64,000 bases of DNA from Nemertoderma westbladi (lineage: Eukaryota > Animalia > Xenacoelomorpha). The translations under genes were made by a program, and so were the position numbers. Where the stretch lies: positions 265,980 through 329,979 of the forward strand of contig JAUCBJ010006842.1 in NCBI GenBank assembly GCA_032718475.1, written 5' to 3'. Shown piece by piece: positions 12,205-24,812 of the stretch. A model generated the notes under the pieces. That model was not told the DNA's origin. It did not search any database and saw only the letters and a program-made list of their open reading frames with translations. How positions within the stretch are numbered: the stretch's first letter is position 1; each line of letters starts with the position of its first letter.

Positions 12205-12435
12205 TACACCCGTATATAATCCCTCATATAAAAGTACATTTTCACTGGTTCGAAAGAATTTGTCTTCAAGAGACGGGAGAAGTCTGATTTCAAGATGGTA
12301 TCCATTTTTGATGAACAACCCATGCCTATCAAAGATAATGTCTGTGTGACTTGTTGTTGCAGGATATCTGCAGCTTTTTTTTTCTTGTAGTGTGAATCCA
12401 AGATCATCCGTGGCCATCCTCGTTGCGTAATCCAA
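12205..12435 (-). mobile_element. Internally deleted RTE family A remnant
   Basis: Translates to MDYATRMATDDLGFTLQEKKSCRYPAT and SKMDTILKSD, matching the ORF at 247-741. Confidence 0.8.
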
Positions 12436-13789
12436 TGTGAAACGATATATGGACGATGTTATGCAGAAGTAATAACCCTACATTTTATGGAGTTTCAAGT
12501 TATTTCAATTACTACAGGTAGTTCAAAATTCATATCGAAATTCACCTTCGGAATTGTAGAATTGTAGGAGATAGCTGACAGCCTGATAGCTGACAAAGTG
12601 TAACACACATGTATGAAATCAGACCCTCATTATTATACATTAATGAGTAATAAAGTAAGCCCCCATCATGCCCCTTGCATTTCGTAGAAATGCAGTAAGC
12701 CCAATATTAGCATTATCTGCTATCAGCCGAATGCCCTAGGAGCTTAACTTACCCCAAGCTAGAGAAGCAAACAGTATTGTAGGGTAAATATAATAAATAA
12801 TAATATCAGACAGTAGTCATTCAGCATTATCCCTCTTTTCCACAAAGTAATACATTTTTGTCATATTATATTTTATAAAAAATTATGTGTCAATTGTGCC
12901 TCATCTACTGTAGTATATGTTACTCCTGCTTTCTGTACCGGACTGAAAGCAGGAGTAATATATTCATCGATTAGTCATGAAATTTATTACTAGGGAAGAT
13001 TCCCTGGGAAATGGGTTTCTTTTGGGGGCACTAATTCGCAGAGGGACTTCTAATTTTTTTGTGGTGTGTAACTTTCACATGAGTTGTGCTGTGTAACATA
13101 TGTAGGTAATTATTGGTTGAGCAATTAATTTCTATTTCTTTTTATAATTTCTTTTAAGGCTTGATTTGCACCAACTGACATTGTATATTGAGATGATGAG
13201 GGACCCCTGCCCCCATAATCAAGGATTATCAACCAGGCCAAGCCACCCATTGGAAACCACATTATTATCGTATGTTTTATCTGTGTGGGGTAGGTCTGCT
13301 TGTGCATACCATGAAAAATGATGTTCAACATAAGTCCCATATGTGCACACCCAATTATCGTGTCACATTGTCACGTGTCACGTGACACATTCAGAAAAAA
13401 CAAAAATAGTTAGTTCAATAGTTGATAATTATAAAATACTAGTCACTAGTAGAATGATTTTCAGGATTAAGCTATCATGTTCTAGAATGGTAATCAATTA
13501 AAAATAATTACCCACAATGCTTAAAAGTGTAAACATAAGAGTACTACTAGTTCCACTGTAGCTAATATAATTATTGATGATGTAATGAAAAAATTTTCTT
13601 TAGGTGACTATACAGTACACACTAAATAAATATAGACGAAGTGGGGCATTCGCGCAGCACGTGACATAAAGTGTAACGTGTATAAAGTATCAACTCGAAA
13701 GAATTATAAGCAAAATCTAAGCAGATGTCCCATAATCAATTTACTGCCTATGCCTTTGCCAGAAATATTTCAGATATTTCTGAAATGTT

Positions 13790-14460
13790 TTCATTTCAGC
13801 CCACAAGCGGTGGACTGGAGAATTACCGAGGGATTACTGTCCCAATAATGATGCAGCCTATGATAGTTTATGGTTTAGCATGTATAACTGCCAAGTTTAA
13901 TTATGAATGGATAACAAATAACAACATCATTTTGGACAACAAATAACAAAATGAGGAGAGAACGTTTTCACTTTCAGATATTTCGACCTCTAGCGGCAAA
14001 CTGTTGAAGTGTAGATGGAGTACCGTCACCGTCCCACAAAGAAGCAGTCAGTTTTATAGTACATAATACACATGCCAAGTTTGCACATGCCACAGTGGAA
14101 ACAGTGGAAGTTTCTCACTTTCGGACATTTCACCCTCTAGTGACAGAATGGAGAACTAAGGACCGATCACCTTCTTCACAAAGATGCAACATGTGGTATA
14201 AGTACATGTATGCCAAGATTTAGCATAAACGAATTAAAATCACGGCAATGTGAGAAGGTTTTCACCTTCAGACATTTCGCCCTCTAGCGGCAGACTGGAT
14301 AACTGCAGATGAATCATTTTACTCAAAAATATACAGCATATGGTCTGGTACATATATTCCAAGATTCAGCCTAAAACAGATTAAGATCAAGGAAATGGGG
14401 AAGGCTATCACTTGCATACATTTTGACCTCTAGCGGCAGACTGGCGAACTGCAGACCCCA
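13790..14460. repeat. Diverged ~147-bp tandem repeat
   Basis: Motif TTTCAGACATTTCGCCCTCTAGCGGCAGACTGGA recurs; CCTCTAG begins at 13987, 14134, 14281 and 14427, with a variant at 13801. Confidence 0.85.
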
Positions 14461-14916
14461 CAAAGACGACGACAACGATGACAACTGAAACAAACGCGGT
14501 TAGCTATTGACTAGACCCTTCCTAATAGTGAAAACGGTTTTCAAAAATAGTGAGAAGATTTTTTTCCTAGGAGAATTAGCCCGGGGACACATTTTTCGGG
14601 GGTGAGGGGGAGATATTTTCCTGTTACACCAGTTTTGTTTACTCTGTAACTGTGTTTAATATGTACCTACGATGTACAGAAGTATGTAGCGTTCTGATGG
14701 GAAGGACTACTGATTTACGATATACGAATACATCATTGGTTAAACCAATATATATGATATAGAATATTGAGTATTATGTTGTCACATTCAGTGTTTTACA
14801 TTTGGTAGCAGAGCGTGGTTGTCAGCAATACAACAATAAGATCTTTGGGGGAACAATGATAAACAGCTGCAATTACTTGTAAATGCTGCAAACATTATTT
14901 ACTCATCATAATATTA

Positions 14917-15525
14917 GTGGAGGGCCATTATTTGACATTATTTGCAGACGATGTAAAATTATATGCTCCTACCATCAGTAACCATTTATTGGCGTCAGCG
15001 CTCAAATCACTCGGAAAATGGGCACACAATTGGCAATTGAAGGTAGCAACTCATAAATGTACAGCTATTCATATTGGTGCTAATAACATAAAGACTAGTT
15101 ATACACATAACGGAATTACAGTTTGTTCAAACCTTAAATTTGATAAATATTGTAAAGACCAGTCTGCAAAGGCTTATAAGTTAATTAACATGATTTTTCG
15201 GTGATTTTATACTTGTATCTTAAAAGCATTCTTACTGGCGTACAAATCGTATATTAGATCTTTACTTGAGTGAGTATTGCACACCCATCCTTACCAGGTA
15301 GGTAGTGTTGGGTACAAGTCTAGTAGATAGTGTTGATCTAATTGAAAGGATACAAAGATTCTTCACTAGAAGGCTATTTGCACGATGCTCTATACGAAAT
15401 AATGTTACATATTTACACCGCTTTTCCTATCTCAAGCTGCAACCTCTCCAAGTCCGACGACGAGTTCTCTGTGATCTAAAAATTGTATATTCGATAGAGA
15501 GAAAATTAATGGACCTAAATTACGA
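14917..15525 (+). mobile_element. Degraded CR1/L2-group LINE RT fragment
   Basis: LFADDVKLY, WAHNWQLKVATHKC and IERIQRFFTRRL motifs spread over broken frames. Confidence 0.8.
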
Positions 15526-15529
15526 ATTA

Positions 15530-15910
15530 CTAAATTTCGTTGAAAAATAGTTGAGATGTGAGCGTTCAAATGTTGCCTGGTTTTGCAAAGACGTGAGGCT
15601 ATTTTATTCTATTAATAAATAAACCATATTCTGGAACATTTTTTTTAATGTATGAAGTGCTACGTCATAGTATGATTAAAGATGTAATGCATTGTTGCTC
15701 AGCTACTTATTTGGATAAACAAAATATTCCAGATTATGATGCATTTATATTTATAGAATAAAATAGCCTCGCGCATTTGGATAACCATGCAACATTTGAA
15801 CGCCCATATCTCAGCTATTTTTCAACGAAATTCAAATTGTGTTACATATTTGGAATCCTTGCAAGGCCAGCTTTCAATTGGTACCAATAAACAGCTATAA
15901 GGTAGAAGAA
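15530..15910. mobile_element. Palindromic long-TIR MITE copy (left part), split by the Gypsy insertion
   Basis: Homologous to 33660-33781 and 34261-34502; continues at 29156. Confidence 0.75.
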
Positions 15911-16377
15911 TGTGGTGATCAGCAGCAAGGACATACAAAATATGAAACACAACAATATCAAATTACAAAAAACGTTATAAATAATATAACACCATCTAGG
16001 GAAGTTTACAGGAAACAACAAAATTGCGCTAGAATAATCCTGACCGCTGATTGGAGGATAACAAAGAGGGATAGATAGGTAGGATAATACCGGTAAATAA
16101 GGAATATATCAAGATATGGTCAGTACAATACAGTACCTACAGTAGTAGTTTAGATTCGTGTTTCTTTTTGGATGTCTGACATCTGACTGTCTGACGTATG
16201 TACAGATGTATTTCAGTATTTTGATTTATCTGTTTTGATTAGATGAACTAACAAACTATAATCGTTTTAGCCAGCCTGCCAGTTAACGGCAGATTTTCTT
16301 CAGGGAAACCAGAAAAACTAAGTGGTAGATTGCCACGGAACCCAGGTTCGACCTTATCCTGTTATCCAGCTTCCACA
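15911..16377 (+). repeat. 5' LTR (467 bp)
   Basis: Direct repeat of 28691-29155; I count about four substitutions and one 2-bp indel. Confidence 0.97.
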
Positions 16378-16379
16378 TT

Positions 16380-16396
16380 TGGGGGCTTGTCCGGGA
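16380..16396 (+). promoter_or_regulatory. Primer-binding site complementary to tRNA-Pro
   Basis: TGGGGGCTTGTCCGGGA lies 2 nt after the LTR; one mismatch to the tRNA-Pro PBS TGGGGGCTCGTCCGGGA known from MLV. Confidence 0.9.
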
Positions 16397-16563
16397 GGAT
16401 TTTTTTTCTTCCTGGTTGCTGCTGCTGGTTATAGACTTGTTACTTGTTACTTGTACCGTCAGACTGTTGGGCGTAGATAATCGATTGTTGGTTATCGGTA
16501 AACTGGCTGACTTTGGACTTGTACCGGTAATATCAAGCATTCAGACAGTCAGCGAGTCAGGGT

Positions 16564-18309
16564 ATGACAGACGTTTTTGGATTCGAGAACGATAGCGATA
16601 GTACCGGTAGTAGATGCGGAGGGTCTGACCAAACGCAAATAGCCGTCGGTCCAAGAGAAGAATCAAGTTGGACGGACATAAACTTAAATAGTCCGGCGGT
16701 TGTCGTTCCTGGTTCCGGTTGCGACCGTCCTAGATATTCTGAAACGCAGTCTCACAGTAGGAATCGGTTTCCTGCAGTACCGGTACCAGGAGAAGGGGAC
16801 GATTACATACATCCTAATAGAGAGCAGCAAGGTACTGATACCTGTATACAGCTTGAATGCGACGCACCGATAATGGCGGATATCAGGAAGGAACCGGAAA
16901 TATTCGATGGGCGTGGAGATGTTGATTCCTGGGTTAGTGCATTACAGCGATTGGGACGTCTTCGAAGATGGAATTACGTGATGATGGGAAGGGTTGCTTC
17001 CATTTATGTGTCAGGTACCGCGGCTCGCGTAATAGAAGAATTACCTACTGAACAACAAGTCGATTTTGATAGCGTAGTAGCCGCTCTGCGAGCTAGATTT
17101 AGGCCTTTACCCCCCGAGGTTATATGTAGTAAGCTGTTAGATTGTAGGCTTGGAATAAATGAAACTATAGAGGAGTATGTAGATAAACTCCAGAAATGGG
17201 GACAGCAAGCCTGGGTAGATATGAATGGTGCGCAACGAGATCGGTTATTACTTACAGTTTTTTACAGAGGCATACCCTCTGATTTGGCTTTTAGGATTAG
17301 AAACAGCCATCCGCAATCGTTTGACGAGGCTTTACGTATGGCGCGTAATGAAGAAATTTATTTAGCGGAGGCGAACCATATAAATTACGGAGATCAAGCT
17401 GGACATACTGATCGAAATACCGGCATTGATTCTAATAGGCCAAAGCATACCTTTTTGCAGGAAAGTGGTGTACATGGATATGTAAACAATACGGCGAGTT
17501 TTAATAGAAATTCTACTGTACCGAGTAGACCAGTTACCGTTGATCCAAAAATAAATAAATTAGAATGTGAGATACAAGAATTACGGAAACAAATTTCCGG
17601 TATGCAGTGCCAGCCAGCTCCTGTACGTCCGTTTACTGCATGGAATAAGAGTAGAACAGATTCTGGTCCAAACCATTCTGAAAGGAGTAGTGATACATTA
17701 GCCTACAGTAGTGGTAGACCTGTAGATAGCCCTTATTTGACTGAGCCAAGTAGGTCAATTATTCAAAGTGAACATTTTCAGGGAAGTAATAATATGACAC
17801 CCCGTAGGAATGTAACATGTTTTAACTGCAATGAATTTGGCCATTACAGTACCCAATGTCCCCAGCCGTTTGCTTCCCATAATGTTCAGCTACGGAGAGA
17901 TATTGTTTGTTTTAATTTTAATTGTAACGAGTCTGGACATTACAGTACCCATTGCCCAAGATCTCAAACATCCCGATTTAATAGATCGAGTGACGATGTG
18001 AGACGTACTTATCCATACAGACCGAGACCTTCCCCACTTAGTACTGGTAGCAATATGTGTCAGCCATCCCAATATGTGCCACACCCTACTCCACCGCCCA
18101 GTAGGTTTAGTACGGATGCTGGTACACCGGCTTCGAGTTTTGAAAATAATCACATACGGTATACAACGCATACGAATCGCGATTGGTACATACCTATACA
18201 TATAGGACGTACAAAGATGGTTGGTTTGGTAGATAGCGGTTCAGATTTTACTATAATGGATATACGTAAATTACCAAAGGATTGTGAACTGGGAGCCAGT
18301 AGTATACCA
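16564..18309 (+). CDS. gag: Gypsy Gag plus N-terminal half of the aspartic protease, interrupted by a LINE
   Basis: Capsid-like PEIFDGRGDVDSW; two CCHC knuckles (CFNCNEFGHYSTQC, and a second with a 6-bp duplication); protease LVDSGSDFT. The ORF track runs on into LINE sequence to 18345. Confidence 0.92.
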
Positions 18310-18310
18310 T

Positions 18311-21300
18311 CTATTAATTCCCATCTATTGATTATTCCCATCTAAAATCCATCTATTGTTTTATGTAATTATCTGTACCACTTACAGTGTGCAACTAGTC
18401 GAGATGATATAGTTAGCAACCCTAGAAATTTCTACTGTATATATTGCCATGACACAATTTTCCCCTTCAGTTCCGTAGTTGATAATGATCCCGATATTTT
18501 TCCTTGTTCTTCGTCTTATCATGATTTACTAAATAACGAATTTTTTTTGGAAAATAGCGGAAATGTAAATAATGAACCTTTGTCTCTAATAGATCCTGAT
18601 TCCAACATGGAAACAAATTTTTTCACAAATAATTACGATCCTTATACGTTTACACAATTTTCACAAACCTTAAAATCAAATACTCTCAGTTTTTTTCACT
18701 TAAATTGCCGTAGCCTGCAGTCAAATTTAAATGACATTTCTACATTTATAGATCTTCTGCAACATCGCTTTTCGGTAGTATCTTTTACCGAAACTTTCTC
18801 TAAGGACGATAGCCGCGTTAAACTGTATGGTATTCCTGGGTATAAAGCGCCCTATTTGCAACATCGTGGTAATACTGTTCGGGGAGGCGTTGCCATGTTT
18901 GTTAGGGATGATATGGAGTCAGTACAACGTTCCGATTTAGTAATGCCTGATATAGATAATTTATGGGTGGAAATAAATTCCAAAATTCCTAATAAAAAAT
19001 TAATAGTAGGCACTATTTATAGATCTCAAAGTATACAGCTAGACCATTTTTTCAACATTTTAGATAATCAACTTGCAAAATTAAACCAATTAAACTGCGA
19101 TATTGTGATAAATGGCGACTTTAATATAAATACCTTAGTAAACTCTAAATCTAAATTTACTTACATGCAAATACTCAATTCTTTCGGTTACCAACAATTA
19201 ATAGATAAGCCCACTAGAGTTTGTAGGAGTACAAATTCTTGTATTGATCATTTTATTACAAATAAATATTCAGAAATTATTCAAAGTGGCGTCTTCCCAC
19301 TTGAAATTGGTACCACCGACCACTACGCAATCTTTTCTGCTTTTCGTGATTCTAGAGATTTTTTTGCCGAAAAAAAACATATAAAACATGACTTTTCGAA
19401 CTTCGATAATAATGCTTTTGTGGCCGATCTTTCCAACGAAAACAACTGGACTACAACTTCAAATAACTTAACTAATACTGATTTTGAAAACTGCTATCAC
19501 GATATAGAAAAAATATTTAACCGCCATGCCCCAAAACGATGTGTTCCCCTTAGAGAATCGCCACGTAAGCCTTGGTTAACTCCTGACTTAGTAAATAAAA
19601 TTAATATTAAACATAAATTATATTCCAATTATGTAAAAATAAAATCAATAAGAAACCACGAGATCTATAAACGATTCCGTAACAAATTGTCAACTTTATT
19701 AAAACAACGGGAACGCGCTTTTTTTTCAAATCAATTCCAATTACATTCAAAAAATATTTAAAAAACGTGGAGACTAATAAACCAAGTCTTAAGTAAACGT
19801 TCAGATCGCTCCTCACCAATCTGTATTAAAGAGCCAAATACTGGCGTTAAGCTAACCAATCCAAACAAAATTGCAGAGACTTTTAACTTGTTTTATACCT
19901 CAGTGGGCCAAGCACTAGCAAATGAAATCGAGGATACTAATAAAAGTCCATCATTTTATATAAAAACCCCGCAGTCAAATTCTTTTGCTCTTTTAGAGAT
20001 TTCTCCAGAGGAACTACAAAAAATAATTATGGACCCACCTGACGATAAATCAAGTAATGACGAATTTTCAATAAAATTATTAAAAATAGGTTCACTCCAT
20101 ATTGCGAATAAGCTAACTCCTTTTATTAATAACTGTATACGTACATCATCTTTTCCAGACTTTTTGAAGATTGCTAGAGTGGTTCCAATTTACAAGGGAG
20201 GAGACCCCACTGACACATCAAACTATAGGCCTATTTCAATACTAAGCATTGTCAGTAAAGTTCTAGAACGTGTAATATATGACCAATTAATTGTATACAT
20301 AACTAAATATAAAATTCTTTGTAATAACCAGTACGGATTTAGGAAAAAATTATCTACATACCATGCCTTATTACAAATTACCGAAAATATTCGAGACACC
20401 TTGGACAATTACGAATCTTCTTGTGTAATCTACGTCGACTTGAAGAAGGCGTTCGATACACTATCCCATAAAATTCTTCTAAATAAACTCGAACTTTATG
20501 GTATCCGCGGGCCTCCTTTAGATTTACTAAATTCATATCTTACTAACCGAAAGCAGTATGTAGTGGTCGGCGACCACTGCTCCTCTTTGCGCGATATCCA
20601 GTTAGGCGTCCCACAAGGCTCCATATTAGGCCCCCTCCTCTTTATTCTATATGTAAATGATCTTCCGTTGTGTAGTAACCTAAATACTGTACTATTTGCC
20701 GATGACACGAGCTTGTCTGCCAGTGGTAAATCGGTTGGTGATCTGATAGCTAATGTAAATAATGAGTTAGGTAAAGTGGTAGAATGGCTTAATACAAATA
20801 AATTATCCCTAAATTTAAAAAAAACTGAATATTCGTTATTTTCTAACTTGTCTCTAGATTATTCTTCAGCACCTAAGGTTAAAATTAAAAATACAGAATT
20901 AAGATTAAAATCTACAGTTAAATACTTGGGTATCTTAATCGATTCAGATATGTCCTGGCGATCGCATACATCCTACATTTTAAAGAAGATAGCCCGTTCA
21001 GTAGGAATTTTTTTCAGACTGCGTTATTTACTCCCGATGTGTATTTTACGAACTTTGTACTATTCTCTTATAAACCCTTATTTGCAGTATGGTATCGTAG
21101 TCTGGGGAAATACTTTCAGTTCATATCTTAAACCTATCCGAGTTTGTGTAAACAAGGTTCTTAGAGCAATAACCTTTTCTCACTGGCAGGCAAGTTCGGG
21201 TCCACTTTACCGTGATTTATCTATATTACCTTTGGAGGAATTGTATATCTTCACCGTCGCTAGGGCGATGTTCGATATACATAATAAAGAGGGGGTGGCT

Positions 21301-21868
21301 GCATTGGAGGGGCGCTTTGTACCTGCGAGTACCGTCCATAGTCACAACACGCGGTTCGCCTCTAGGGGAAATTTCTGGGTACCTTCTGTTAGGCTTCAAG
21401 TTGCCCGAAGATCATTTAAATATCAAGGAACAAAACTATGGAATGAATTATCTGAAGAAATACGAAATATAAAGTCAAAAATTACTTTCTCTAAACGATT
21501 AAAATCACATCTGATGGGGTATGATTGAATAGTGGCAATATGTATCAGGGATTGCAATGCTCTCGATTTCATCCTAAGAAATTATAAAGGCATTTTATGA
21601 GTCCGGCCTGCCGGCTCTGGCTCCGGGTCCGGCTCTGGCTAATCCAGCTCATCTGTGTCGTGCGGCGCCAATGTGAACACTAATAACCAGTCTTGCTGGA
21701 TGCGCATTGTTGAGGCAGTATCTACGGTAGGCGTATTCATTAATTAATTAATGTGTATTGTATATTACGTAGTGCATTCATTATGCTGATTGACGTGGTG
21801 CCCTACACTAGCTATGCTATGGGGCCCACGTCAATCATTATGCAATCTATGGAAATAAATAAATAAAT
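18311..21868 (+). mobile_element. CR1/L2-group (Crack-like) LINE, 5'-truncated, nested in the Gypsy protease
   Basis: PHD remnant, APE endonuclease and RT; 3' stem-loop at 21787-21837; (AAAT)n tail. Removing it restores SSIP-LKIKGVGG in frame. Confidence 0.93.
18547..21528 (+). pseudogene. LINE ORF2 (APE endonuclease + reverse transcriptase) with one in-frame TAA at 19759-19761
   Basis: EN motifs HLNCRSL, FTETF, GDFNIN, PTR, CIDHF, TDH; RT motifs YRPISIL, DLKKAFD, GVPQGSILGP, FADDT. The two track ORFs share one frame. Confidence 0.93.
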
Positions 21869-22753
21869 TGAAAATTAAGGGTGTAGGAGGGTTAATGCCA
21901 GTATTAGGTGAAGTGCATCTACCGATTGTTATTACGTCAGACTTTAAAGTAGACATATTAGTGTATATTGGCGACTTACTGAAAATTGATGGTTCTGAAA
22001 TTATTTTTGGTAAAGATTTTATCTACCAAGCCTGTACCTCATTTGATTTAGTAAAGCAATGTATGATTTTACGGAATAACGAGTGTGTTTATTTTTGTAG
22101 TCCACCGACTCAGGTTATATCTAACTCAACCACAGAACACTATACTCGCCGTATAATTATGTCAGAAAAGAGGGTTACTATACCACCAGATTCACAGGCA
22201 TATATTACATGTTGTTTGAAGGGAAAGGGAAGTAATTGTAGCTTCCCAGCAGGACCAGTTTATATTGAACCTCTGTATCAGTCGAATACTCAAACCCTAC
22301 TAGCACGTTGTATTATAGATCCAATTGATAGAGAACGTGTTACATTACAAGTTTTAAACCCAAACAATTCACCAGTTACTGTTTTTAAGAACCAGAAGGT
22401 AGCATCATACTGTGACGTCACTAATTATACCTTGTGTACTTTAGAAAGTAGGGCTATCAGTACAGATAGTGTAGTTAATGATGCCAATGGTAAACAGATA
22501 TTTTTACGTGAAGAATTAAAATTAGACCATTTAGACTCTGATAAACAAGCTGATGTATTGGACATTGTTGGACAGAATCCCCATTCATTTTCTTACAATG
22601 ATTATGACATAGGACGGACTACACTGTTACAACATTCTATACCTTTGAAACCTGATGCTAAACCGATACATGTAAAGCCTTATCCAATACCCGTAGCCAT
22701 ACGTCCAGAACTGAGAGAACGGTTAAGTAATTTACAACGTGTAGGAGTTATAC
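21868..22753 (+). CDS. pol: Gypsy protease C-terminal half and pol linker, up to the second LINE insertion
   Basis: KIKGVGG...IIFGKDFI (protease), then DIGRTTLLQHSIPL...PIHVKPYPIP (start of the Gypsy RT region). Confidence 0.88.
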
Positions 22754-24812
22754 CATGGTTCGACAACGAATGTCATGATCGTAAACTACACATGCTGCAT
22801 TTGTTCTCAAAAAGGAATTTCTCTACTACTGACAAAGATATTTTCTGGGAAGCACGCCGTGAATACAAAAAACTGCTGAAATACAAACGTGAAATTTATG
22901 AGGAAGATCGCCTTCTAGAACGTATAGCTCAAACTGAAATTACACCATGGACTTTGCTGAGAGAAGGCAAACCAAACAATGTAGCACCTATACCAATGGA
23001 TAAACTTGAAACTCATTTTGAGAATCTTTTAAGTCACTTAAATGACCCGTTAAATACTCCCGACATTCCAGAAACATCAAATGATGAAACCAACAGTGAT
23101 GAATGGTATAATGTGAGTAGAAGTAGAAAATACTATTAACCACGCAGCTAACCGTAAAGCTAGCGGACCCGATCGTATTTACTAAGAACACCTTAAACAA
23201 GGCCTACCGTTTATTATTCACCTCTTAGTCCTACTTTATAACACGTGTCTCAATCTAGGCTCAATCCCAGAAGTTTGGATGTCCAGTTTCATCAAGGTTC
23301 TATACAAAGGAAAGGGTAAAATTACCAATCCAGATAATTACCGCGGCATAGCGCTTCTAAGCGTCATTCTCAAGATATTTACCTCCATTATAAACAAGCG
23401 TTTACTACTCAGACTCTTACATCGTTTACCACTAGAACAATTTGGGTTTACCCCGGGCAAATCTACAACTGACGCAATTAAGCTCCTTCTTTCCGAGATC
23501 TCGTCACTAGTTGCCTCTGAGGGACGAGTCTATGTGGCTTTCGTAGACTTTCGGAAGGCCTTCGACTCCACCAGCCGAAATATTTTCTTCCATAAACTCT
23601 ACCACGATTTCGGTGTCAAAGGGAAACTATACAACATCATCAAATCAATACTGAAAGTAAATTTCATACAAATCTATGATGGGTTACGTCTATCAAATGC
23701 AATCCGACAAATACTCGGTTTCTTACAAGGCGATTGCCTTTCTCCGACGAATTTCATCCTGTACATTGCCGACCTCGTATCTGCCCTGCGGCGCGCAATC
23801 CAGTTTCTGAAATGTATATTTTATGCCGATGATCTTGCTTTTTACTCTACCAACCCTAGGGATATTCAAGACGGTCTTAACAACCTTCACAAATGGTGCT
23901 GTGAAAACTCTACAAGTTAACCTAATAAAAACAAAGATTGTTAAGTTTAGGAAGGGTGGCCGGCTTGCTCTGTATGACAAATTCTTTTACAATGGGGAGG
24001 CTGTAACAATCTGTGACCATTACGAGTATCTGGGACTCACCCTACAACCAACTTTGACGTTCACAAAGCACATTAAAGCAAAAAAAGAAAAGGCATATTC
24101 CGCCATTGGCTCTCTTAGAAACCTGCATCTAGTTTCTGTACAAACCGGAATGAAAATATTTCAAATGAAGATTTTCCCAATGACAACGTATGCAATATCC
24201 GAGTTTGGTCCCCTGCTTACACTGCCCCAACTAAAGGAAATCGACAAAATAAAATCTACATTTATAAAACGGTTACTCGGCCTACACATCTCCTCATCCT
24301 CCACGCTCGCTTTGAAATTAATCAACGAAGAAACCTTAACTAATGACATTGTTCTTAAATTCCCAGGCATATTTAACTCAGCAATTCTAGAACAGTACAA
24401 CACTTTCAGAAACGATCGCAATGCAAATTTCAATGCAGAACAATACCAGCTGGGCCCTGCGTTCCAATCATCTAGCTGGAAACGCAGCGGCCAACGACAC
24501 CGTCACCTAGCAACAAGAACCATATCACACGGGTTTCATTTCAAGCTGTGTGAAAATAATTCCTACCACTATCCATGTATTGACTGTATATGTCGTTTCT
24601 GTCTGCAACCCGCAAAGAACCGATACCATGCCCTAGTCTGCGACAAATGCCCAACAATATCCACCTTATCCTCTCAATAACTAATTATTTTAGACCATAT
24701 ATTAATATTTTTAATAATTTATAAATTTTAGATTCCGTGCAATTTAATATATAATTACAGTACTTAGGTTTTTTACCATTTACCCCGACTGGGGGGTGTC
24801 CAGATTAATTAA
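22754..24812 (+). mobile_element. 5'-truncated LINE (RTEX-like) nested in Gypsy pol, with a 69-bp target-site duplication
   Basis: Motifs PWFDNEC, NYRGIALL, FVDFRKAFDS, LQGDCLSP, YADD, KTKIVKFRKGGRL and C-terminal CRFC...H...C; two frameshifts. 22685-22753 is repeated at 24813-24881. The clade assignment is tentative. Confidence 0.9.

Noticed and set aside
21868-23139. 423-aa ORF as a single novel gene
   Set aside because: It is a chimera of the Gypsy protease/linker and the nested LINE, joined at 22753/22754.
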